Numbered from the stretch's first letter, positions 1 through 10,254 are shown. The stretch: 64,000 nucleotides of DNA from Syntrophorhabdaceae bacterium (GCA_963665295.1 OY762209.1:224001-288000), one strand, 5' to 3'. Numbers and translations: made by a program. The notes: a model not told the origin generated them from the sequence alone.

Positions 1-1178
1 ATGCTGAAGATCGCCATAAGCATGGAAATTACGATAAAACCGATGACGAGACCCATGAGGAGGATCATGGCGGGTTCGATGAAACTCACAAACCTCTTTA
101 TGGAATCCCTCAGACTCTTTTCATAGGCGGTAGCTACCTTGAGGAGCATGGTGTCGAGCTGTCCCGTCTCTTCGCCGACCCTTATCATGGAAAGGGCAAG
201 CGGGGGAAGCACATTCGCGTCGGCAAGGGGATCGGCGATGCCCTTGCCTTCTTTCGTTCCTTTTGAAACGGTCTCAATGGCCTTCGCGATCACCTGGTTA
301 CTGATGACGTCCTTGGAATTGTTGAGGGCCTGAAGAAAGGAGACCCCGCTTCGAAGGAGCGTGCCCAGGGTCCTGCAAAACCTCGCCGTCTCTATCTTTT
401 TTATCAGGTCGCCCAGGAACCTGAGCTTGAAGGCATCCCATTGATACCTCCCCCGGTTGGATTTCAGGTAGGTCCTGAAGCCGATCCACGCACCCGCGAT
501 GGCCGCTGCCCCCACCCACCAATACGCCCTCATTCCCGCACTCACCGCAAGGAGTATCTTGGTGGGAAGCGGCAAGGCGCCCCCGAGTTCCGTAAATATG
601 ACGGAAAACTTGGGAAGCACGAAGGTGAGGAGGATAATGATGGAGAGCCCGCCTGTGAGGCTCAGGATTGTGGGGTATATCATGGCGGAAAAGATGTGGT
701 CCTTCAGTTCCTTGGTCGATTCGAGGAACTCGTTCAGTTTTTCGAGCACCACATCAAGGACGCCCCCTGTCTCGCCCGCCCGTATCATGTTCACATAAAG
801 CTTGGGAAAGGCTTTCGGATGCTTCTGAAGGGCGTCGGAAAAGGAGCTGCCTTCCCTTATGGACTTGAGGACGGACCGCACGATTTCCTTCATCTCCTTA
901 CCTTCCGATATTTCGGAGAGGATATTGAGACCCCTGTCCAGGGGAAGTCCGGCGCTCAGGAGGACTGAAAGCTCCGTGGTGAAGGTGAGGAGGTCCCCTT
1001 TCGACTTCTTGAAGCTTATTTTCCCCTTCAAGCCTCCCTGCCGGGGGGCCGTCACTTTCAGGGGGATTACGCCTGTGTTCTTGAGCCTTTCTATGGCGAG
1101 CTTCTCATCGGTTGCTTCAATGACGCCCTCGATGGTCTCACCGGCCATCGTGGTCGCCCGGTAGGAAAAAACCGCCAT
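1..1178 (-). CDS. gspF: Type II secretion inner-membrane platform protein GspF/PilC family (3' end outside window)
   Basis: Not in the ORF track because it is truncated. Manual translation from ATG at 1178 gives MAVFSYRATTMAGETIEGVIEA..., later LLSAGLPLDRGL, YVNMIRAGETGG and MIRVGEETGQLD. The start overlaps the gspE stop (TAATG). Confidence 0.9.
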   Translation of the reverse strand, partial: MAVFSYRATTMAGETIEGVIEATDEKLAIERLKNTGVIPLKVTAPRQGGLKGKISFKKSKGDLLTFTTELSVLLSAGLPLDRGLNILSEISEGKEMKEIVRSVLKSIREGSSFSDALQKHPKAFPKLYVNMIRAGETGGVLDVVLEKLNEFLESTKELKDHIFSAMIYPTILSLTGGLSIIILLTFVLPKFSVIFTELGGALPLPTKILLAVSAGMRAYWWVGAAAIAGAWIGFRTYLKSNRGRYQWDAFKLRFLGDLIKKIETARFCRTLGTLLRSGVSFLQALNNSKDVISNQVIAKAIETVSKGTKEGKGIADPLADANVLPPLALSMIRVGEETGQLDTMLLKVATAYEKSLRDSIKRFVSFIEPAMILLMGLVIGFIVISMLMAIFS

Positions 1179-2701
1179 TATACCTCCTGGGTAACCCTCA
1201 GGACTTCTCTTAAAGTCGTGATGCCCCTTTTCACCTTTTCAACTCCGTCTTCGAGCAGGGTTTTCATGCCCCGTCCCCTTGCCGCGTCTCTCGTTTGGAT
1301 GGAGTCCGCGTTCTTGAGTATCATTCTCCTGATCTCTTCATCCACCACCAGGAGTTCGAAGATGCCCTGCCTGCCGTAATAGCCCGTAAAAGAGCATTTC
1401 TCGCACCCCCGGCCCTTGAAGAGGGGTGTGTCCCTCGTCAGACCCAACATGTCGAGCTCATTCTGGTCCGCCCTTGCCGTGTCCGGTTCCTTGCATTCCT
1501 GACATATGACCCTTACGAGGCGCTGGGCGAGAATGCCCCTCACCGTGGAGGAGAGGAGGAAACTTTCCACCCCCATGTCGAGGAGCCTCGTTATGGCGCT
1601 CGGCGCGTCGTTCGTGTGAAGGGTGGAAAAGACCAGGTGACCTGTAAGGGCCGACTGGATCGCGATTTCCGCGGTTGCAAGGTCCCTGATTTCGCCGATC
1701 ATGATGATATCGGGGTCCTGCCTCACGATGTGACGGAGAGTATTGGAAAAATCCAGGCCGATCTGGGTCTTCACCTGGATTTGGTTCACTCCCTTCAGCT
1801 GGTACTCCACGGGGTCTTCGACGGTGATGATCTTCCTGTCCGGGAAGTTGACCTTATCCAGGGCGCCGTAGAGGGTGGTGGTCTTCCCGCTTCCCGTGGG
1901 ACCCGTGACGAGGACGATGCCGTTCGGCTTCTTTATGAGGCCATTGAAGGTGGCAAGGGTTTGGGGCAGGAAACCCAGCAAGTCGAGATCGACTACGACG
2001 CTCTCCTTGTCGAGAATCCTCATAACCACGCCTTCGCCGTGCACGATGGGGATCGTCGATACCCTGAGGTCTATCTCCCGCTCTCCCACCCGGAGCCGTA
2101 TCCTTCCGTCCTGGGGCAGCCTCCGCTCGGCGATATTCATCTTCGACATGATCTTTATCCTGGAGACGATCGCCGCCTGCAGCCTTTTCGGCACAGTCTC
2201 CGCGTCGTGGAGCACCCCGTCTATCCGGTACCTCACCTTCATTTCGTCCGAAAAAGGTTCGATGTGAATATCGCTTGCCCTGCTCTCCACCGCCCTCGTG
2301 ATCAGGAGGTTGCAGAGTTTTATGATGGGGGCTTCGGACGCAAGGTCCTTCAGATGGCCTATATCCTCCTCGTCCTCATTGATGAATTCGATTTCCTCTT
2401 CATCCATGTCTTCGATGATCCCCTTGATGTTCTGTGAATCCTGGCCGTAGAACCTCGATATGTATTCGTCGATCAGGGCCCCGTCGCTCGTGTACACGAC
2501 AACGTCCGCGCCGACCGCCACCTTCAGGGCGTCCACGATCTCCCTGTCCGAGGGGTCCGCCATGAGCACCTTCAACGCGTTGTTTTTCATTTCCAGGGGG
2601 ATGACCCTGTTTTCCCTGACAAATCTGTAAGAAACCCCTTCCAACACAAAGGGCACCTTGGGGAAATCATCCGGGTCGAGATATAAGGCGCCTTCCATCA
2701 T
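1178..2701 (-). CDS. gspE: Type II secretion ATPase GspE/PilB family
   Basis: ASDIHIEP, ERRLPQDG, Walker A GPTGSGKTTT, TVEDPVEY, RQDPDIIMIGEIRD, STLHTND and CxxC...CxxC zinc motif. Confidence 0.95.
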   Translation of the reverse strand: MMEGALYLDPDDFPKVPFVLEGVSYRFVRENRVIPLEMKNNALKVLMADPSDREIVDALKVAVGADVVVYTSDGALIDEYISRFYGQDSQNIKGIIEDMDEEEIEFINEDEEDIGHLKDLASEAPIIKLCNLLITRAVESRASDIHIEPFSDEMKVRYRIDGVLHDAETVPKRLQAAIVSRIKIMSKMNIAERRLPQDGRIRLRVGEREIDLRVSTIPIVHGEGVVMRILDKESVVVDLDLLGFLPQTLATFNGLIKKPNGIVLVTGPTGSGKTTTLYGALDKVNFPDRKIITVEDPVEYQLKGVNQIQVKTQIGLDFSNTLRHIVRQDPDIIMIGEIRDLATAEIAIQSALTGHLVFSTLHTNDAPSAITRLLDMGVESFLLSSTVRGILAQRLVRVICQECKEPDTARADQNELDMLGLTRDTPLFKGRGCEKCSFTGYYGRQGIFELLVVDEEIRRMILKNADSIQTRDAARGRGMKTLLEDGVEKVKRGITTLREVLRVTQEV

Positions 2702-2931
2702 CCTGCATAACTCCTTGATATTTCAGATATCGCACTGGTTAATTATAACACAGATAAAAACGCCGGGCAACCCACTCTGCCTTCTTATCGGGCCTCAGGC
2801 CTTGCGCCTGTGGCCGGACTCGGGATAAGGCGGAACCCCCGGGAGGGGTCGGGGACGCGGTTCAGGGTAATCCTGCCCGCATTTCTTTTGAAACTTCTCA
2901 GGGGTTGTGGAAGGTGGCGGCATTTAAAGTG

Positions 2932-2970
2932 ACCGGCAGCTCCGCTTAAGCTGCGAGCGGAGCTGCCGGT
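2932..2970 (-). terminator. GC-rich hairpin downstream of oxidase 1
   Basis: 15-bp perfect inverted repeat ACCGGCAGCTCCGCT/AGCGGAGCTGCCGGT. The U-tract is weak. Confidence 0.6.
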
Positions 2971-3000
2971 ATCGCTCTAAAATCAGGTGCCTCTTATTGT

Positions 3001-6000
3001 CTACCTGTTCGCAATCGTCCACGCGGGATCTGCGTCGCTCGGGAGTGTGCCGTCCCCGAGGAAGGTCACCCCATCCAGGTACCAGACCGCGTTCACGCCG
3101 GTGCTGTGCCTCCACACAATGTCGGGATGGCCGTCGCTGTTGTAGTCACCCGTACCGGCAATCGTCCAGGCGGAGTCGGCTACGCTCGTTAAGGCTGCAG
3201 TCGAGAGAAGCGACGTGCCGTTCATGTACCAGACCGCGTTCGCACCGGAAGTGTGCCTCCAGATAATGTCGGGTTTGCCGTCGTTGTTGAAATCATCCGT
3301 ACCGGCAATCGCCCAGCCAAGGTCGGCTTCGCTCGGTAGGGCTGCACTGGAGACGAACAACCCGTTGTTCATGTACCAGACCCTGTTCGCGCCGGTGGTG
3401 GTGTTTCTCCAGAGGATGTCGGGGTAGCCGTTGTTATCGAAGTCGCCCGTGCCCACCATCTTCCACGCGGCGTCGGCATCGCTCGGGAGTGTGCCGTCCC
3501 CGAGAAAGGTTGCCCCATTCATATACCAGATCGCGTTCACGCCGGTGCTGTGCCTCCAGAGGATGTCGGGATAGCCGTCGTTGTTGAAGTCACCCGTGCC
3601 GCCGATCACCCAGGCGGGGTCGGTTACGCTCATTAAGGCTACAGTCGAGAGAAGCGACGTGCCGTTCATGTACCAGATCCTGTTCGCGCCGGTGGTGGTG
3701 TTTCTCCAGAGGATGTCGGATTTGCCGTCATAGTTGAAATCGGGCGCCAGGCCGCGATCCAGCACAAGGGGCCTCATCATGTCCGCCTCTTCATGGCCCA
3801 GGATATGGCAGTGCCACATGTATTCCTGACCTAAGTTGGTCATGGCATTCACTGTGCCGGCGACGCTGAAGCCCATAGTGGAGCCGATGGGTTGCGTCGG
3901 ATTGAGGTACCTCACGCTGTTGGGGACTGCGAAGGGAAGCGTAGGCGGGGTGGCCCGAAATGCCACAATCACGTCCTGGAAGGGATTCATTCTTACGGTT
4001 TCCTTCCAGCCCAGTTCGTTCGGCTCGGGCGGAATGATCTCGCCGTTCCAGCCGATACGGTTGACCACCTGCACGTTCACAATGTGAAAGTGTATCGGAT
4101 GGGCGTCAACGCTGTTGTTGGTGATCTTCCAGAGCTGGGTCTGGTTTGTAGTCGCAACGTCCGTTACGGGATCTACGAAAGCGTAAGGGACCGCTGCAGT
4201 CTGGCCGTCCGGGGCCTGGTCTCCGAGGTTGACCAGCATTCTCCCGTAACCGCCCATGGGCTCCCACGTGTCGTTCAGAGACTTTCCCTTGAGCGGCATC
4301 GAGGCGCCGTTGACGGTCATGGTGGTGTCGAATATCTTCGAATAGTTGTCGGTGTAGGTCACGTTATAGGGACCGTTTGGCAGTCCGTACGCCGCTTCCG
4401 TAACGATCGGCGCGGGCTGGGAGCCCGCGAACATGGCGGGCAGGCCCGATGCGGTATTCTGGAGAGCCGCGAGGTCGTATACAGGGGATGGGGCTGCCGC
4501 GCTTACCCTGAACTGCATGATAGTCCGCGTATTGGGCCCGAACCCGGCCACTGTCGAGGGCGATCCGCCACTCGCGCTCTGGTCGGGATTGCCGGTGTAG
4601 TAGTCGTTACGAGGGTCGCCTCCGGGCAGGGGCGCCGGTGCGTCGTTGTAAAGGATGAGGGTGGAACCGGCCGGTATGGCCGAGAAATCGATAATCACAT
4701 CAGCCCGCTCGGCAGGCATCAGAAGGAGCGCTTTACCGAGAATATTGCCGTCCGGGTCAAAGGTGACGGGCTGGCTGGGGATGACCACGGGAGCGGGAAG
4801 GAAGCCGCCTTCCGTACCGATCTGGATTATATCGGGACCTATGTTTGCAGGGTCGGGTGCGCCTCCGTCTCTTCCATCGGTGGGCCAGGTGGCGGGGAAA
4901 CAGCCCGCGGGGTTAAAACCTATCACGCACGTGCAGTTCGTGGTCACTGTAGCGGAGCAGGCCGCGCGGGGAATGGCTGCCGCCATCGCTACTTCCGTAC
5001 AGGTGGCCGCAGGAACCCCTGCGCTATTGCACTTCACGGCCTGGGTCGCCGAGTCTACCGCATAGTAGAGCTGCAGGTTGAGGGGCCGGTCGTTGGCGGC
5101 ATTAAGAATTCTGAACCTGTAGGCTTTCGGGTCCACAGTAAGATTGGGATAAGCGGTCCCGTTGACCATTGCGGTGTCCATGAATGCCTCGGGCGCGTAG
5201 GACGGCTGCGGCAAAGGGGTCACATAGCTTCCGGCTGCAACCGGGGGCCAGACCCACGGGCCGTAGTCCCACCTGCCGTACGGGTTCAGCCCGTTTGCCG
5301 TGGTGAGGCTCTGGTTCGGCTCGTATACATGGGGGAGCCACAGGTCGCCGTTCGTGCCCCAATTGACCGTGTCCCAAAGAGAATCCTGGGTGGCTATATT
5401 CAGGGGGACGAAGGTCTTGTCCTGGAAAACGAGAGGCACTCCATAACGGAATCCGCACACCGTCGCGCCGCCTCCCGCACAGGTATTGGGGAGCAGTCCC
5501 GTGGTAATCGCGTATTCCTCCTGGGGATCGGTCACGAGATAAGCCGCCGCCCCGCCGGCATAGACATTGAGCCGGGTTGTGCCCATGGCGTGGTCGTGAT
5601 AGAACATCAACCTCGCGCTCTGCTGGTTGGAGTAGAAAATGGTCTGAGATCCGGCGGGAACCGTACCCATATCGGGGACATTCCGGAAGCTCTGGCCTTG
5701 AGGGTAGTTGGGCGAGTCCCCGGCAGGAACGAACCACTGGTGGGGGGTACCGTCACTTATCCAGGGGGTTGCCCCTCCATGGAGGTGGATGGCCTGACGG
5801 TTCTGGGTAAAATTGCCCGAGATCAGCGATGCGGGGTTCGCCATATCGCCGATCGTATAGGCCCCTGCACCCATGACCGTCGTGTCCACAGGGATAAAAA
5901 GGTTCCCCAGCGTGCCCACGCCAAGCTGGTTGGTGAACTTGATACGCACCGGCCGGTCCTTTGTGGCCAGGATCAAAGGTCCCAGATACTGGGTGGCGTT

Positions 6001-6423
6001 AGCCGCGGCGGCAGGAGCAAGGTCCTTGTAGCCTCTCAGCTTGGTTGCCTTGGGGAGGTTGGTGTGCATCTTCGCCGTGTAATCCACGATGCCTATTTCA
6101 TAATAGTCATCATTGGGAAAGGTTGCATTCGTCACTTTCGTCGCTACGGGGATATACTGCCCCAGGTTGTTTTCATTACACGTGCCCGTACCCGGCGTGG
6201 GGGTGCTCACAGTGCACCCCGGCAATCCGACACCGGGCAGTCCATCGACAAACTTCGAAAGGGCCGTCCCCGTGTTGACCGCGCCAACAAGGCCTTGAGG
6301 GCTGTTGGCGTAAAACGTCACGCCCGCCGGTCCCAAGGCGCCTCCATAGACAAGTTGGCCGCCCGAAAAAAGGACGGCCGCCGCCAATCCGACACCTGCC
6401 ATAAATTTTGATCTCTTTCTCAT
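3001..6423 (-). CDS. Exported multicopper oxidase 1 (Geobacter OmpB/OmpC-like) with five C-terminal FG-GAP/VCBS repeats
   Basis: All four Cu motifs present: HLHG, FYHDH, HPIHFH, WHCHILGHEEADMM. DFN.DG.PDILWR repeats at the C-terminus. Start moved to ATG 6423 (MRKRSKF..., GGAGGAG RBS, signal peptide). Confidence 0.9.
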   Translation of the reverse strand: MRKRSKFMAGVGLAAAVLFSGGQLVYGGALGPAGVTFYANSPQGLVGAVNTGTALSKFVDGLPGVGLPGCTVSTPTPGTGTCNENNLGQYIPVATKVTNATFPNDDYYEIGIVDYTAKMHTNLPKATKLRGYKDLAPAAAANATQYLGPLILATKDRPVRIKFTNQLGVGTLGNLFIPVDTTVMGAGAYTIGDMANPASLISGNFTQNRQAIHLHGGATPWISDGTPHQWFVPAGDSPNYPQGQSFRNVPDMGTVPAGSQTIFYSNQQSARLMFYHDHAMGTTRLNVYAGGAAAYLVTDPQEEYAITTGLLPNTCAGGGATVCGFRYGVPLVFQDKTFVPLNIATQDSLWDTVNWGTNGDLWLPHVYEPNQSLTTANGLNPYGRWDYGPWVWPPVAAGSYVTPLPQPSYAPEAFMDTAMVNGTAYPNLTVDPKAYRFRILNAANDRPLNLQLYYAVDSATQAVKCNSAGVPAATCTEVAMAAAIPRAACSATVTTNCTCVIGFNPAGCFPATWPTDGRDGGAPDPANIGPDIIQIGTEGGFLPAPVVIPSQPVTFDPDGNILGKALLLMPAERADVIIDFSAIPAGSTLILYNDAPAPLPGGDPRNDYYTGNPDQSASGGSPSTVAGFGPNTRTIMQFRVSAAAPSPVYDLAALQNTASGLPAMFAGSQPAPIVTEAAYGLPNGPYNVTYTDNYSKIFDTTMTVNGASMPLKGKSLNDTWEPMGGYGRMLVNLGDQAPDGQTAAVPYAFVDPVTDVATTNQTQLWKITNNSVDAHPIHFHIVNVQVVNRIGWNGEIIPPEPNELGWKETVRMNPFQDVIVAFRATPPTLPFAVPNSVRYLNPTQPIGSTMGFSVAGTVNAMTNLGQEYMWHCHILGHEEADMMRPLVLDRGLAPDFNYDGKSDILWRNTTTGANRIWYMNGTSLLSTVALMSVTDPAWVIGGTGDFNNDGYPDILWRHSTGVNAIWYMNGATFLGDGTLPSDADAAWKMVGTGDFDNNGYPDILWRNTTTGANRVWYMNNGLFVSSAALPSEADLGWAIAGTDDFNNDGKPDIIWRHTSGANAVWYMNGTSLLSTAALTSVADSAWTIAGTGDYNSDGHPDIVWRHSTGVNAVWYLDGVTFLGDGTLPSDADPAWTIANR

Positions 6424-6551
6424 ATACTCCTCCTTTTCATACCATTCCTCAACCGTGACTCCGGCAAAGCCGGAGGTTCGGTGAACCGTGAACCGCTCAA
6501 AGCTGTTGTAACCGTGGGTCACCTGAAGGCCGGGGTTCTGAATGCGGTTAG

Positions 6552-6567
6552 TGCAACAACGGTGCCG
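6552..6567 (-). promoter_or_regulatory. Sigma-54 (-24/-12) promoter of oxidase 1
   Basis: Minus strand reads CGGCACCGTTGTTGCA (GG-N10-GC), matching the YGGCAC-N5-TTGCW consensus. Confidence 0.75.
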
Positions 6568-6674
6568 CATGGGGCCGCCGGGGAGGCGCACCCGCAACCG
6601 TTGGTTGACTACGTCGATACCCCTTTGCAAAACGGTCCCTTTCGGATTCGGAAGACTGCCTTCTTTCGTCATTC

Positions 6675-6733
6675 TGTCTTGAGTGACAAGGTTTTTGTAT
6701 TGGCCAACAAGACTTGTCTCGTTCCGTAAGACA
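6675..6733. promoter_or_regulatory. Three phased GTCTTG-N5-CAAGAC-like enhancer sites
   Basis: TGTCTTGagtgaCAAGG, TGTATTGgccaaCAAGAC and TGTCTCGttccgTAAGACA start at 6675, 6696 and 6715. Confidence 0.65.
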
Positions 6734-6963
6734 GATAAGAAGCTATTTATTACCTTTATTTTGATGGATTTCGTGGTGGTGAAAGTGTGAGGACGACACA
6801 AAAGGGCAAGGCACATTTTCTATGGCCCATCCCTTGAACGTACGGGCGCCCATGGTTAGATTTATTGAAAAGGCGGTTTCGCAAGAGGCCGTACAGGCAA
6901 GGGGGTTGCAGACAAGTGGAGAGATTAACGAGATTTCTGTGCAGAGGAGTTCGATCACGGAGC

Positions 6964-7929
6964 ATGTTCCCGGTCCTGAGAATCGCATTGATTCTGCCGG
7001 CGCTCATCATGTCTGTTTCCGGTGAAGCCGTATCCGCAAAAATCGACATAACCAGGGCCAGTCAGCGCATCGAGAATATCATTATCCCCGACGACAGCCT
7101 GCCGTTTATAGGGTTCTGGAAAACAGACTGCAGCTACGCCTTCGGACTCGCCCTGGAGAGGGCGGGCGACGGCAAGTATTCCATATCCTTTTCAGGTCCC
7201 TCGGGAGGCTACCCACCCGGCCCCGGGCGGCCGCCTACATCGCTCGTTCATGACCCTCATTACAAAGTGATCGATGCAAATACCATCGAAGTCAAGGAAG
7301 ACAAGGGGTTTGTAAGATATTACCGGTGCGCGGATTCCAGATTCTTCAAGAAAGCGGGCACGGGCACGCCTCCCGCAGCTACAAAGAAGGACCCCGAACC
7401 GGACCCGGGCTCCCTTCAAGTCATGGGATTGAAACTGGGCATGGACATCACGGAGGCGCGAAAGGTAAGGCCCGACCTCCGGATCAAGCATCTTGACCCC
7501 AACCTGCCTAAAGCGGATTGGCCGGACGCGGTGGGCGAGGCGTCCGGTCTCAAAGTATTCTTTGCAAACAAAAAGGTCGCTTCCATAGAGTATTCGAGGA
7601 GGTTCCTGCCGACCCTCTCCCTGTCCCAGTGGAGATATGCGAGATCCGATCTCGATCGAAAGTACGGGCTTGCGGGACAGTTCGAAGATAGAGTGGTCCG
7701 GGCGTCCGATGCGGGGAAGGCCGAAGCGGGGATTGGGGATTGTCAATACCGGAACGACCCGGATATTCAGTCCTTTGTATTGAATTGCATCCGGGAAGGG
7801 TCTTCCACGGGTAATTATTTCCGGATAAAGCTCAACCCGGAATCGCTCACGATCCGGCTGCAGGATGAAACCCCGAAAACCACGCACAGGAACCGACGTG
7901 GCGCCGGGAGTGAGAACGCGCCGCGTTGA
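6964..7929 (+). CDS. Exported hypothetical protein, tandem paralog A
   Basis: Signal-like N-terminus and strong similarity to the next ORF (IIPDDSLPFIGFWKTDCSYAFGLALERAGDG). Start uncertain. Confidence 0.7.
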   Translation: MFPVLRIALILPALIMSVSGEAVSAKIDITRASQRIENIIIPDDSLPFIGFWKTDCSYAFGLALERAGDGKYSISFSGPSGGYPPGPGRPPTSLVHDPHYKVIDANTIEVKEDKGFVRYYRCADSRFFKKAGTGTPPAATKKDPEPDPGSLQVMGLKLGMDITEARKVRPDLRIKHLDPNLPKADWPDAVGEASGLKVFFANKKVASIEYSRRFLPTLSLSQWRYARSDLDRKYGLAGQFEDRVVRASDAGKAEAGIGDCQYRNDPDIQSFVLNCIREGSSTGNYFRIKLNPESLTIRLQDETPKTTHRNRRGAGSENAPR

Positions 7930-7975
7930 CCGTCCGATTACGGACAGGGAGGTCGTAAAGATAAGAAAGACGACA

Positions 7976-8968
7976 GTGAAGGAAACAAGACTTCGGCCCA
8001 AAGGCGTTCAGTCGCGGGGTCTATTCCTGGCGGCAGGCATCGCACTGGTCCTCGTCCTCGACCTCTGCCTCCCCTGTGAAGCGAGATCTGCGAAGATCGA
8101 TCGGACCAGGACCGGCCAATATATGGAGAGCAGCATCATACCCGACGACAGCCTGCCGTTTATAGGGTTCTGGAAAACAGACTGCAGCTACGCCTTCGGA
8201 CTCGCCCTGGAGAGGGCGGGCGACGGCGAGTATTACGTATCCTTTTCAGGTCCCTCGGGGGGCTACCCGGCGGGCTCCGAACGGCCCCCGACATCGCTTG
8301 CGGGCGACCCCGGTTATCGGATCATCGATGAGAATACCATAGAGGTCAAGGAGAGTAAGGGGTTCGTGAGATATTACCGGTGCGAGGATTCCAGGTTCTT
8401 CAAAAAGGCCGATGCAAGCCCACCGCCGGCCGTCACGAGAAATGACCCGGAAACAGACCCCCGGTCCCTGGAAGTCGTAGGGCTAAAGCTGGGCATGACC
8501 ATGGAAGAGGTGAAAAAGGTGAGACCCGACCTCCGGATCAGACATCTTGACCCCAACCTCCCCGGCGCAGACTGGCCGGACGGGGACGCCGAAACGCCCG
8601 GTCTGAAAATACTGTTCGCAGACAAGAAGATTGCCTATATAGAATACTTCAAGTGGTTCACCGTAAGGCTGTCCCCTTCCCAATGGAAGTACATAATATC
8701 CGATCTTGGTCGAAAATACGGACTCGTGGCCCAGTTCGGAGGGAAAGAAGCCCCGCCGTCCCTTACGGGAAGCGTCAAGGATGTCATGGGGGACTGCGAG
8801 TACCTCAATGCTCCCGACCTTCCGTCCTTCACGCTGAGCTGTACCAAAAAAGGCTCGCCCATGGGCAATTATTTCTTCATAAAGGTCGACTCGGAGTTTA
8901 TTCGTATCCTTCTGCAGGATGAGAGCCGTCAGAGTATTCACAGGAGCAGGTCGGGGACCGGGGGTTAA
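7976..8968 (+). CDS. Exported hypothetical protein, tandem paralog B
   Basis: Paralog of the previous ORF along its full length. Start uncertain (7865-7976). Confidence 0.7.
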   Translation: MKETRLRPKGVQSRGLFLAAGIALVLVLDLCLPCEARSAKIDRTRTGQYMESSIIPDDSLPFIGFWKTDCSYAFGLALERAGDGEYYVSFSGPSGGYPAGSERPPTSLAGDPGYRIIDENTIEVKESKGFVRYYRCEDSRFFKKADASPPPAVTRNDPETDPRSLEVVGLKLGMTMEEVKKVRPDLRIRHLDPNLPGADWPDGDAETPGLKILFADKKIAYIEYFKWFTVRLSPSQWKYIISDLGRKYGLVAQFGGKEAPPSLTGSVKDVMGDCEYLNAPDLPSFTLSCTKKGSPMGNYFFIKVDSEFIRILLQDESRQSIHRSRSGTGG

Positions 8969-8990
8969 AGCATGGTTCCTGCCCTCTTCC

Positions 8991-9467
8991 TCAGGGGTTG
9001 TCCAGGGCGACTATCAGCTTCATGGTGATATCGTTGAACTTCAGGATCTTCTTGCCTTTATGCTCTCTCAGGAATTTGTTCGCATCCTTTTCTTTTTCAA
9101 AAGGAATCGGTTCATGGCCCATGGGGCCGTACATGTCGCTCCATATCACATAAAACGCCTGTCGCGCGTCGATGGACGCCTTCGAGTAATAATCCTTCAC
9201 GGTAATGGCCTTTATGTCCTTCGCGCTGACCGCCGGATCGTATTTCTTCATGTCCAGATAGTATTTGAACATGCACTTGGACCCGTCAAAGGTGGCACGC
9301 CGGGCATCCTTGAATTCAATCACGCTATTCCAGTCAACGAACATGGAGACGAACATCCCGCATGCGGGACACCTCTCCTTCCGGGCGGGATCAGTTCCCG
9401 CAGGGCCTTGGGCAATGGAGGTCGAGACTGCCCAGAGTACGAGTATGCAAGTGACAATGCCTTTCAT
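8991..9467 (-). CDS. nosL: NosL-family copper chaperone-like protein
   Basis: CPACGMFV, FDGSKCMF, VKDYYS and GPMGHEPIPF motifs. Signal peptide from ATG 9467 with GGAGG RBS. Confidence 0.85.
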   Translation of the reverse strand: MKGIVTCILVLWAVSTSIAQGPAGTDPARKERCPACGMFVSMFVDWNSVIEFKDARRATFDGSKCMFKYYLDMKKYDPAVSAKDIKAITVKDYYSKASIDARQAFYVIWSDMYGPMGHEPIPFEKEKDANKFLREHKGKKILKFNDITMKLIVALDNP

Positions 9468-9480
9468 CGAAATCCCTCCC

Positions 9481-10254
9481 TCATCCGGTCTTTCCCGCCA
9501 CCACCCTCTTTTCCTGTTCCGTGGAAACGGGCGCCTCAAGGCCGGCGGCGTGACCCGCTGCCCCGGCTTCACTGATACGGCCGTCCCTCATCTCGAACAT
9601 CCGGTCCGCATATCCGGCCAATTCGGGATTGTGGGTGACCATGACCACCGTGAGCCCCGCGCTTCTGTTCAGCGCCTTCAAGACATCCACAATCTCCCCG
9701 GAGCGCTTCGTGTCGAGGTTCCCCGTCGGCTCGTCGGCGAGCAGTATTTCCGGCTTGTTGACCATGGCCCTCGCGATGGCCACCCGCTGCATCTCCCCGC
9801 CCGATATCTGGCCCGGCAGATGAGCCTTCCGGTGGTCTATTCCGAGAAGGCTGAGGAGTTTCTCCGCCTCGTGCTCCGTCCCCGGCTTACGGAAAAAGGT
9901 CAGGGGAAGGACCACGTTTTCCATGACGGTCAAGGTCGGGATGAGGTAGAAATTCTGGAAGATGTAACCGAAGGCCTCTCTCCTTATCTTTGTGAGGTCC
10001 CGCTCGGAAAGTTGTTTCTTCTCCCCGAAGATCGACCTCCCGTCAAGAGAAAGGGACCCTGAGGTCGGATTATCGAGACAGCCCATCAGGTTGACAAGGG
10101 TGGTCTTCCCCGATCCGGAGGGCCCGATTATGGAGACGAAATCCCCTTTGTTGATCTGGAAGGAAACGTCGTTCACGGACCTTACTTCCTCTATGCCCCG
10201 GGTGTAGATCTTCGTCAGGTTGGTTGCCTCTATGGCTATGGCCTTGCCGCTCAT
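9481..10254 (-). CDS. ABC transporter ATP-binding protein (LolD/MacB type)
   Basis: GPSGSGKTT, ISGGEMQRVAIARA, LLADEPTGNLD, VTHN. Confidence 0.9.
   Translation of the reverse strand: MSGKAIAIEATNLTKIYTRGIEEVRSVNDVSFQINKGDFVSIIGPSGSGKTTLVNLMGCLDNPTSGSLSLDGRSIFGEKKQLSERDLTKIRREAFGYIFQNFYLIPTLTVMENVVLPLTFFRKPGTEHEAEKLLSLLGIDHRKAHLPGQISGGEMQRVAIARAMVNKPEILLADEPTGNLDTKRSGEIVDVLKALNRSAGLTVVMVTHNPELAGYADRMFEMRDGRISEAGAAGHAAGLEAPVSTEQEKRVVAGKTG

Noticed and set aside
3892..6411. Long antisense ORFs (also 28468-29748, 53530-55464 and others)
   Set aside because: Shadow frames of GC-rich genes, with no recognisable motifs.
6430..6660. Riboswitch (for example c-di-GMP) in the oxidase 1 leader
   Set aside because: No convincing consensus was found by eye. 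An Rfam scan would be needed.
6424..6816. N-terminal extension of oxidase 1 in the ORF track
   Set aside because: The RBS and signal peptide point to ATG 6423, and the extension covers the promoter and enhancer.
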